Shown: piece by piece, positions 23,063-30,138 of the stretch
Position numbering within the stretch: position 1 is the first letter of the stretch
How the letters are laid out: each line of letters begins with the position of its first letter
Virus record (IMG/VR): IMGVR_UViG_3300029071_000002
Reading direction: 5' to 3' (one strand)
DNA length: 37,136 nt
Origin: a virus
Translations under genes and position numbers: made by a program
The notes under the pieces: generated by a model
Databases searched by the model: none
What the model was told of the DNA's origin: nothing
Seen by the model: the letters and a program-made list of their open reading frames with translations, nothing else

Positions 23063-24652
23063 GTGAACGCAGTAATATACGCACGCTACAGCGCCGGACC
23101 CGGCCAGAATGAACAATCCATCGAAGGGCAGTTAAGAGACTGCCGTGACTATGCCAAAAAGAACGATATCACCATCATAGATACTTACATAGACCGCCAT
23201 ATATCAGGTACAGACTTTGAAAACCGCACCGAGTTCAACCGACTTATTAAGGACTGCGAGCGCCATCAGTTTTCGGCTGTGATTGTATGGAAAGTGGATC
23301 GCTTTGGCAGGAACCGCGAGGAGATCGCCATGAACAAAGTCAAAATGAAAAAACATGGCGTGAAGCTGCTCTATGCGAAAGAGCATATTCCGAATGGCCC
23401 TGAGGGGATTATACTAGAATCACTGCTGGAAGGCATGGCTGAATATTACTCTGCGGAATTGTCGCAAAAGGTTAGACGTGGGCTGAGAGAGTCCATGCTT
23501 AAAGGACACGCACTGGGAGGTAATCTGATGCTTGGATATAAGATAATTAATAAGAAATATGTTGTAGATCCAGTAACATCTCCTATCGTTGTTGAGATTT
23601 TTGAGCGGTATGCTGCCGGAGAGACAGCAAAGGCCATAGCTACCGACCTTAATACCCGTGGTGTAGTTAATGCCAAGGGAGATCCCTTTAAAAATAATAC
23701 CATATACTTTATTCTGCGGAATGAAAAATATATAGGCATATACCGTTACGGCGATATTGTTGTTAATGATGTGATACACCCCATTATAAATATGGAGTTG
23801 TGGGGGAAAGTCCAAATGATACTTGAAATGAATTCCCGCAACCGATCCAGGAGCCGATGCACTGCTCCGGAGGAGTTCCTTCTCACTGGAAAGATTTTTT
23901 GCGAATATTGCAAGCGGCCGATCATCGGGGAATCTGGGACAAGCCGGAATGGAGCAAGCCACTATTACTATAAGTGCTCTTCCAGGAAAAACAAGGGAGT
24001 AAAATGTGAAAAATCTACAGTCCGTAAAACTGATCTGGAGAATTTTATTATCTCTCAGACTATTGATAACGTGCTTCAGCCAGATACCATTGATTATCTG
24101 GCTAAAAAGGTTGTCGAAATTCAGAACTCGGATGCACAGGAATTACAGATGCAGTCACTCAGAAAGCAGCTCTCAGACGTACAGAAAGGCTTAAATAACC
24201 TTGTTAATGCTGTAGAGATGGGAATTATCACTGAGACAACGAAAGAGCGTATGATGGCCTTAGAAGAGCGTAAGGAAGAACTCAAAATCTGTATCGCCAA
24301 GGCAGAAATCAAACGCCCGAAACTCACAGAGGAGATGGTAGAGTACTGGCTCAATAAATTTAGAGATCAGGACGTTGACAGCACAGAGTTTAAGATACGG
24401 CTGATTAATACCTTTGTCAACTCAATTTATCTTCACAATGACTATGCTATCATTGTGTATAACTTCTGTGATGATGAGAGCGGACATCGTGCGGAAATCA
24501 GAGCTCAGCTTGATGATGCGTTAAGAGCAAAAAAAGAGGATCAAACGTGTTCGTCTGATCCTACTCAAGTGCCGGCGACCGTACTACAGACGAACATTTT
24601 ATTAATTACTCTAACTATTTTTGCAATAAAATTTCGTATACCACGCAAATAA
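23063..24652 (+). CDS. Large serine recombinase (phage integrase)
   Basis: Likely GTG start 10 nt after AGGAGG (VNAVIYARYSAGPGQNEQSIEGQ, catalytic Ser region). Resolvase domain, recombinase domain, zinc ribbon (CEYCKRP...YYKC) and coiled coil. Confidence 0.88.
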   Translation: MNAVIYARYSAGPGQNEQSIEGQLRDCRDYAKKNDITIIDTYIDRHISGTDFENRTEFNRLIKDCERHQFSAVIVWKVDRFGRNREEIAMNKVKMKKHGVKLLYAKEHIPNGPEGIILESLLEGMAEYYSAELSQKVRRGLRESMLKGHALGGNLMLGYKIINKKYVVDPVTSPIVVEIFERYAAGETAKAIATDLNTRGVVNAKGDPFKNNTIYFILRNEKYIGIYRYGDIVVNDVIHPIINMELWGKVQMILEMNSRNRSRSRCTAPEEFLLTGKIFCEYCKRPIIGESGTSRNGASHYYYKCSSRKNKGVKCEKSTVRKTDLENFIISQTIDNVLQPDTIDYLAKKVVEIQNSDAQELQMQSLRKQLSDVQKGLNNLVNAVEMGIITETTKERMMALEERKEELKICIAKAEIKRPKLTEEMVEYWLNKFRDQDVDSTEFKIRLINTFVNSIYLHNDYAIIVYNFCDDESGHRAEIRAQLDDALRAKKEDQTCSSDPTQVPATVLQTNILLITLTIFAIKFRIPRK

Positions 24653-24737
24653 TTTTTACAGAATAGTATTAAATTTATTTGATCGTTTTTTAAAAATGAG
24701 TTATTCTTTGATTATAAATACTCAAGGAGGTAGCTGC

Positions 24738-25106
24738 ATGAAAAAAAAGGCTCCATTTGGATATGATTTTAGAAACGGGAAACTTGCTGTCAATAATGAA
24801 GAAGCTAATATTGTAAAGTATTGCTTTGAGGCAGAACAGAATTATATGGCTGATCCGCCAGTTTGGGATAATGCTACTATAAATGACGGCTGCATATGCT
24901 TAGACAACAAAATGCTTTGCAGCACAAATACTTTTGTAAAAGGTTATATCGCAAAAGAAATAAACATAGTTAGTCTTATGGGAAAACCGGTATCTTCTTT
25001 ATCCAATGACGAAAAAGTACGCTTTTTAATTCGTCAGCAAATTACCACTCAAAGTATTAGCGAATTTTGTAGTATCACCAAGGAAAATATATCACAAGGA
25101 CTTTAA
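24738..25106 (+). CDS. Stand-alone recombinase-domain-like fragment protein (122 aa)
   Basis: AAGGAGG RBS. MKKKAPFGYDFRNGKLAVNNEEANIVKYCFE mimics the start of the Recombinase domain of large serine recombinases. Confidence 0.5.
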   Translation: MKKKAPFGYDFRNGKLAVNNEEANIVKYCFEAEQNYMADPPVWDNATINDGCICLDNKMLCSTNTFVKGYIAKEINIVSLMGKPVSSLSNDEKVRFLIRQQITTQSISEFCSITKENISQGL

Positions 25107-25160
25107 TTCTAAGTCTCCAAGAATAAATGTAGTGATTTTATAACAGAGATGGGAAAAAAG

Positions 25161-25314
25161 ATGAACCGAACAGATGAATTATTTTTTTGAGATGATTGAA
25201 ACTTACCAGCGGCACGCCCAGACTGCCAGAAACGCAAAGCATCAGGAGACCCGCGAGATGGCGGAAATGATAATCGATGTGGATATTACTGCTATGTGGC
25301 TTTTGACGCAATGA
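25161..25314 (+). pseudogene. Split small ORF across a T7 run (possible decayed gene)
   Basis: MNRTDELFF stops at 25190. Removing one T from the run at 25182..25188 fuses it to EMIETYQRHAQTARNAKHQETREMAEMIIDVDITAMWLLTQ. Confidence 0.3.
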
Positions 25315-25667
25315 ACGCCAGATGCCGGTTGATGTAACGTAGTAAGATACGCATATAAAAGTCGCCCGGGTATATGGGGGAAATATACCTAGACGACCGC
25401 AATGAAGAGCTGCTGGGAAAATCATATCACTTTTTTCTCAATAAATCAACGCTTTTTTACTCTACTCTGCTAAATTTATGCAGTTATGTATACAAAAAAT
25501 GCGGCCTGCCAATATAGCTAAGCCGCAAGTTAGAAAAGCAAAAACGCAATTATTATAGCGCGCGTATATCATTTTGTAAAGAAGGAATTTAATTGTATCA
25601 CATTTTCTATATGCAGCATACTCATTTTAGGTGTCTCTACTACTGATCACCTATACATGAATTACAC

Positions 25668-25755
25668 ACAAAAACCGCTCAGTGTATGGGGATACTGAGC
25701 GGCTTTGCATGAATACTCTTACTGGACGTGCCAGAAAGATATATATAATACGAGC
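25668..25755 (-). ncRNA. Candidate small RNA (about 88 nt) defined by its own promoter and terminator
   Basis: Minus-strand TTGCCA (25785..25790), 17 nt, TATAAT (25762..25767). Strong terminator at 25669..25702. No convincing ORF between them. Confidence 0.45.
25669..25702 (-). terminator. Intrinsic terminator (minus strand)
   Basis: CCGCUCAGU-AUCCCCAUAC-ACUGAGCGG followed by UUUUUG. Confidence 0.8.
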
Positions 25756-25908
25756 GAATTTATTATATCATTTCTGTGGCCTCCTGGCAAGAGGTGTGTT
25801 TAAAAAAAATCGACAGTCGTGAAGCGCCCTTAGAAGTAAGGAGGCCCAAGCGGACCACCTATATTATGCCGAGGAGACAGGGCGGAGCTAATGGGGGAGC
25901 TGCCGCCG

Positions 25909-26262
25909 TTATTGTTCATCACAAGCCTTCAAAAATAATTTTATTAATTCTAAGGCATATTTTTTCTTATGAATACTACAGTTGCTCAAAGCATCTATAA
26001 GCGCTTGTTGCTCTTCTTCACCATTAAAGGTGTGGAAAATTTTCTCATTATTTCCGAAGATTAAATAGTCTATAGATGTATGAAGACATTCTGCAATACT
26101 AAGTATTGTATTAATCGACATTCCACATGTCCCTCGTTCGATATCCTGATAGTACTTATATGACCGTTCAATCTTCTCAGCCACTTCTTCCTGGGTCATC
26201 CCCATTATTATCCGTTGTCTCCTAATTCTTTTTCCCAGCATCATCGGATCATATCTTTTCAA
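25909..26262 (-). CDS. XRE-family HTH regulator (117 aa)
   Basis: MGMTQEEVAEKIERSYKYYQDIERGTCGMSINTILSIAECL. TTG start 7 nt after GAGGG. Confidence 0.75.
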   Translation of the reverse strand: MKRYDPMMLGKRIRRQRIIMGMTQEEVAEKIERSYKYYQDIERGTCGMSINTILSIAECLHTSIDYLIFGNNEKIFHTFNGEEEQQALIDALSNCSIHKKKYALELIKLFLKACDEQ

Positions 26263-26511
26263 CTATTTTCCCTCTTTTACAGTAAAGCATAAAATACTGA
26301 TTACAATTTATATATCAAAGCACAGTAGTAGTATGGCTTCAATTACAAATTTTATAACATACAGATCATGTTTTCAGACGGCCCAATCGGACCGCCCTTT
26401 CTATCCTGGGCCGCTCCCCTTGTCACATCGCCTCGTTTCTTCGAGGCAACGAGGTTCCCGATCGGGAGTAGAAGGCCGTTCTGGCGGCTGAATTTTCCGC
26501 CGTGAGATTCC

Positions 26512-27210
26512 CTACAGCGCTTCGATAAACTTTTTCACTCCCTGATATATCTCCTTGTACGGCAGCCCCTCTGCCATCAGCGTAGCCAGATGCAGCTCCA
26601 CCACCGTTTCCAGTGATTTTAAGTGCATCAGCGTCCTCTGGTCTGCCTTGTCTCTCTCTCCGCTTTCAATCCCCAAACGGCAGTTTATGAGATTAGTCAG
26701 CGACACATAATACCGGTCTGCATGCTGGCTCCCCTGTGCCCTTGCGTACTCTACAAAGAGCTTAATCTGATCTGTCTCGGCCTTACGTACTTCTTTGGTC
26801 TCCTGACGGGTCCCCAGCCACTTTGCATCTTTTTCAGTGGCGATGTAGTAGCCGTTCTTTTTGATGGACAGGATCGTATCGTAAACCCAGTCGTTGAAAT
26901 CGTCTGCTATTGGCTGATTTGAGTAACGACATATTTCATATATTCCGCGTTCTTTATACATGAATACTTTATCGGTGTTTTCATTTTTATAAATCGGGGT
27001 GACAAATTGACACCCCGATACTTCCACAGAAAATTTATCCAATCTCTCTTTGTGGCGCTTATGAACAATTAGAACCGCATTCTGCGGCTGCTTATATTTT
27101 AACGCATATCCAATCTGTGTTCTGCTCATAAAAATATCGCCAATCTCATTTACATAAAAATCGCATTTCGTTCCTAAAAAATCTCCCTGTTTGACAAGTC
27201 TTAGTTTCAT
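26512..27210 (-). CDS. Antirepressor-like protein (ORF6N/ORF6C, KilAC-type)
   Basis: Internal ATG with AAAGGA RBS (MKLRLVKQGDFLGTKCDFYVNEIGDIFMSRTQIGYAL). The C-terminal YYVSLTNLINCRLGIESGERDKADQRTLMHLKSLE resembles ORF6C. Confidence 0.55.
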   Translation of the reverse strand: MKLRLVKQGDFLGTKCDFYVNEIGDIFMSRTQIGYALKYKQPQNAVLIVHKRHKERLDKFSVEVSGCQFVTPIYKNENTDKVFMYKERGIYEICRYSNQPIADDFNDWVYDTILSIKKNGYYIATEKDAKWLGTRQETKEVRKAETDQIKLFVEYARAQGSQHADRYYVSLTNLINCRLGIESGERDKADQRTLMHLKSLETVVELHLATLMAEGLPYKEIYQGVKKFIEAL

Positions 27211-27292
27211 ATTAATTCCTTTCTGCATCTTGCAATAGAAAAGCCCCGGGATTCCTCCCAGAGCTTCAGTCGCATCATTATTCTGTTGTTTG

Positions 27293-28042
27293 CTATTCCA
27301 CCCACTGCACCTCAAGATTGCCCTGTGTAAGGTTGTTCGTTACCATCAGCGCCCCGTATGTCGCCATATCAGCCTTTGATGGGTTAAGCATATAGACCAG
27401 GCCTCCGATAACCGCATAACCGGTTACCATGTTCCCGGAATCGTCCACGTAGAACCACTTATTCTTATATTTTACCCAGCGCGTCTTCTGCAACTCGCCA
27501 TTAATCGTAAAATGCCAGTTCCCTGCGCCGTCCTCAAAACTCTTCACCTCGTCCACCTGGCCGCGGATCCGCAGGCAGAAGTCCGTCCATAACTCTGGGC
27601 TGTCCATCATCTTACGAGGGCACCACTTCCGTTTCGCATCGTAGTGCCGGATTACCCGATCAGCAGGGATCCCCGTCTCCTGGATCAGATGTCTCACCAG
27701 ATCCACGCAGTTAAGCCGCGCCTTGTCGTAGCTACTGTCCGGATTAACACATATCTCGATATTGATCGTATTGTTGTTATTGGCTCCGGCCACCAACGGC
27801 GTGCCATATTGCTTACCTACCGCCCATGCTCCGTCCGTGTGGTTGAGTGTCTGGTAGATAGCTACATCATCAACGTAATAATGGACCGATGTAGCCAAAT
27901 TGCCATTATTATGCGCCCTGGCGTGGGAAGCTGCTCCGGCCCCTTTGTTGAAATTATCAGTCTCATGGATTACGATGTACTTTGGGTGATTCTGGCTTGC
28001 ATAGCAATTAATCTGTTTGATTTGTTTTGTAATAGGTAACAT
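27293..28042 (-). CDS. Endolysin: N-acetylmuramoyl-L-alanine amidase (Amidase_2) with C-terminal cell-wall-binding repeats
   Basis: AAGGAGG RBS before MLPITKQIKQ. YIVIHETDN...HYYVDD...VIRHYDA...CP motifs. C-terminal WVKYKNKWFYVDDSGNMVTGY choline-binding-type repeat. Confidence 0.85.
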   Translation of the reverse strand: MLPITKQIKQINCYASQNHPKYIVIHETDNFNKGAGAASHARAHNNGNLATSVHYYVDDVAIYQTLNHTDGAWAVGKQYGTPLVAGANNNNTINIEICVNPDSSYDKARLNCVDLVRHLIQETGIPADRVIRHYDAKRKWCPRKMMDSPELWTDFCLRIRGQVDEVKSFEDGAGNWHFTINGELQKTRWVKYKNKWFYVDDSGNMVTGYAVIGGLVYMLNPSKADMATYGALMVTNNLTQGNLEVQWVE

Positions 28043-28130
28043 AACTGTCCTCCTTAAAAGAAAAAGGCCCAGGATCTCTCCCAGGCCCCAAAAAGTTGTG
28101 ATATTACAACCATTGCGATATCGCAACAGC

Positions 28131-28388
28131 TTATTTCGTCAGCTGCTTGTACGCCTGGTTGATACCGGTAGCTGCAAGCCCCGATACAGTTCCAACCGCC
28201 GCTGCGTTGATGATGTCCGCCGCCGGGAAGTCGGGCATCGTGTACATGCCTGCAACGCCCAGGATTGCCCCAATAACGCCGCAAATCACCGGCAGCCACT
28301 TATTGTCTACCGCCGTCGCTTTCACCGCCATAGCGGCCAAATAGCACAACGCTGTGATACCTGCTACACTTGCAATTCCTAAATCCAT
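28131..28388 (-). CDS. Holin (phi LC3 / holin_4_1-like, 85 aa)
   Basis: Hydrophobic helices, basic C-terminus, immediately upstream of the endolysin. Confidence 0.7.
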   Translation of the reverse strand: MDLGIASVAGITALCYLAAMAVKATAVDNKWLPVICGVIGAILGVAGMYTMPDFPAADIINAAAVGTVSGLAATGINQAYKQLTK

Positions 28389-28390
28389 AA

Positions 28391-28630
28391 TTACCCCTCT
28401 CTTTCCAGATCCCCAATTCTGTGATTGACGACCTTAATCTGCTCCTGCATCACGGCCTGAGCCTCCTCTAACTTATAGGTCCGCTCAATTACCGTGTTAT
28501 GCCTGTCCACTTTTTTCTCTAACTGCTCTAACCGGTAGGCGGTCAGCTTCGCAGACGCAAACACACCGGCAAATGTACCGATTGCACTGCCTCCCAGGCC
28601 GATCAGAGCCACCATTACATCTGTAGGCAT
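28391..28630 (-). CDS. XhlA-like membrane protein (lysis accessory)
   Basis: N-terminal TM segment VMVALIGLGGSAIGTFAGVFASA followed by the coiled coil LEQLEKKVDRHNTVIERTYKLEE. Confidence 0.6.
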   Translation of the reverse strand: MPTDVMVALIGLGGSAIGTFAGVFASAKLTAYRLEQLEKKVDRHNTVIERTYKLEEAQAVMQEQIKVVNHRIGDLEREG

Positions 28631-28649
28631 ATATAAGCCCTCCCGTCAG

Positions 28650-28760
28650 TTATTCCGGATTTTCTTTCAACCACGCTTCTGTCTTGAGCCGCCAAAAGTT
28701 GGGTACATCATCAATTGTAATAATACCATGTCTGATCCGTGTTCCGTAAAATGCTCCCAT
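28650..28760 (-). CDS. XkdX-like small protein (36 aa)
   Basis: Not in the ORF track. MGAFYGTRIRHGIITIDDVPNFWRLKTEAWLKENPE. TAATG coupling. Typical position between fibre and lysis genes. Confidence 0.5.
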   Translation of the reverse strand: MGAFYGTRIRHGIITIDDVPNFWRLKTEAWLKENPE

Positions 28761-29140
28761 TAAATCGTACCTCCTTCTGCTAGTGTTCCAACCACTTTAC
28801 CAAGATCATTAATTGCCCCGTCCTGTACCGCCTTTCCTTCCTCCAGGGCGTCCAGGCGCTTTTCCTCAGCCGTTTTCTCACGGAGGCTATATGTTGTAAT
28901 CACCGTACCATCGGCGGCCACCATGGACGTTTCAGACACAAGTACAAGGTCAATATAATTGCCTGCCACTAACCCATCACCGTTCTTAATCTGCACTTCT
29001 GTGAGATTGTCAGGAGTCAGCGCCTCCCAGGTCGTTACCATGGCCGCCCGGTTTGCCGCCGCCACCTGTAAGGCTCCCAGGCTTGCGCCTGCCTCCAGTT
29101 CAATAATAGTTCCATTTTTTAAGATCATAGTGTCCTTCAT
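28760..29140 (-). CDS. Hypothetical protein (126 aa), between tail fibre and lysis genes
   Basis: AAAGGGAGAAAGGAG RBS. Clean frame. Confidence 0.6.
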   Translation of the reverse strand: MKDTMILKNGTIIELEAGASLGALQVAAANRAAMVTTWEALTPDNLTEVQIKNGDGLVAGNYIDLVLVSETSMVAADGTVITTYSLREKTAEEKRLDALEEGKAVQDGAINDLGKVVGTLAEGGTI

Positions 29141-29167
29141 ATACGGACTCCTTTCTCCCTTTCGGGT

Positions 29168-29192
29168 ATAAAAATAAGAGCCTTTCAGCTCT
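29168..29192 (-). terminator. Intrinsic terminator after the tail-fibre genes
   Basis: AGAGC-UGAAAG-GCUCU followed by UAUUUUUAU on the minus-strand RNA. Confidence 0.5.
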
Positions 29193-29256
29193 GATTAACG
29201 GTTTTCTTATTCGTTCAAATAGTGATTTAAGCAACCAAAGAAGGACTATCACCCGC

Positions 29257-29466
29257 GTGCGTGTTGCTATAACCAATGGATTGGGCACGTATAATGTAAC
29301 TCAGGTCGGCTTATCTGGCGGAAATTGCATACCGGTAATATACAGCATGTCGGACGGCATATTTTGGTCTGAAGTATCAGTCGCCATACAAAATGATTTG
29401 GTCGTTGTTGGATTCAGTAGTGGACAGAGCGGTTGGGCCGAAGTCAATATATTTTCCTTCGAATGA
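29257..29466 (+). CDS. Opposite-strand ORF (69 aa, GTG start) abutting the fibre gene end; uncertain
   Basis: Beta-strand-like composition (VAITNGLGTYNVTQVGLSGGNCIPVIYSMSDGIFW...). Weak GAAGGA RBS. The frame is open far upstream. Confidence 0.25.
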   Translation: MRVAITNGLGTYNVTQVGLSGGNCIPVIYSMSDGIFWSEVSVAIQNDLVVVGFSSGQSGWAEVNIFSFE

Positions 29467-29470
29467 TCAT

Positions 29471-30127
29471 TTATTGTGTATCGATTATAGTGATTATTTT
29501 TGCATCAATAGCCGAGACGTTTTTTACCACAATATCTCTGCCATTAAGCTTAATTTGATCGTCGATGTCAAACCATATATCGCTTTTGACAACGGACTCA
29601 CGTACCCTTCCGATGACGGTATATGGCGTGCATGTAACGCCACCTATAAATATCATACATATGTCGCCTTTACGTTTTGCGTACCCATCTGCTATTGTGG
29701 CTCCATTTTGTGCATCTATTCCACAAGTGTAATACGATAAATTGACGCCTAAATCACTATTTTGTTTATCAAGCTGTTCCTTCAAAGTCTTTCCTGCAAC
29801 GGCATCAAGCGCGCTCTGCCCTGCTACTGTTGCCATGAAATTGTTTGTTAATGGAGGCAGTGGTCCTGTGTCTCCTTTTTCACCTTTTGGGCCTTGCGGT
29901 CCAGCCGGTCCTACATTACCAGTGTCTCCTTTTGGACCTTGCGGCCCCGTCGCACCTGTATTTCCCTGTATTCCTTGCGGTCCAGCCGGTCCTACATTAC
30001 CTTTAGGGCCTTGTGGTCCAGTCGGTCCAGTATCCCCTTTTGGTCCTTGTGCACCTGCCGGCCCTTGCGGTCCTATATCGCCCTTTGCACCTTTTGCATA
30101 ACCAATAATCACATCAACCATTGCCAT
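29471..30127 (-). CDS. Collagen-like-repeat tail fibre / receptor-binding protein (218 aa)
   Basis: About 27 Gly-X-Y triplets ([34 protein letters not shown]...) followed by a globular C-terminal domain. Confidence 0.8.
   Translation of the reverse strand: MAMVDVIIGYAKGAKGDIGPQGPAGAQGPKGDTGPTGPQGPKGNVGPAGPQGIQGNTGATGPQGPKGDTGNVGPAGPQGPKGEKGDTGPLPPLTNNFMATVAGQSALDAVAGKTLKEQLDKQNSDLGVNLSYYTCGIDAQNGATIADGYAKRKGDICMIFIGGVTCTPYTVIGRVRESVVKSDIWFDIDDQIKLNGRDIVVKNVSAIDAKIITIIDTQ
29892..30001. repeat. 29-bp perfect direct repeat, 81 bp apart, inside the collagen-like region
   Basis: CCTTGCGGTCCAGCCGGTCCTACATTACC at 29892..29920 and 29973..30001. Confidence 0.9.
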
Positions 30128-30138
30128 ATAGTTACCTC

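Noticed and set aside
25138-26000. ORF-track entries 25138..25425 (minus strand, 95 aa) and 25776..26000 (plus strand, 74 aa) as genes
   Set aside because: - No RBS.
- Biased, implausible composition (Cys/His/Ser/Leu-rich or Ala/Gly/Arg runs from GC-rich hairpins).
- They overlap the predicted terminator, the promoter or the XRE gene.
26377-26501. A known riboswitch (ZTP, ykkC/guanidine, yybP-ykoY, c-di-GMP, preQ1) in the GC-rich spacer
   Set aside because: Only fragmentary resemblances are present (CGGACCGCC, GGGAGTAG), and they are in the wrong order or on the wrong strand relative to the consensus motifs I recall. No metabolite-related gene lies downstream.
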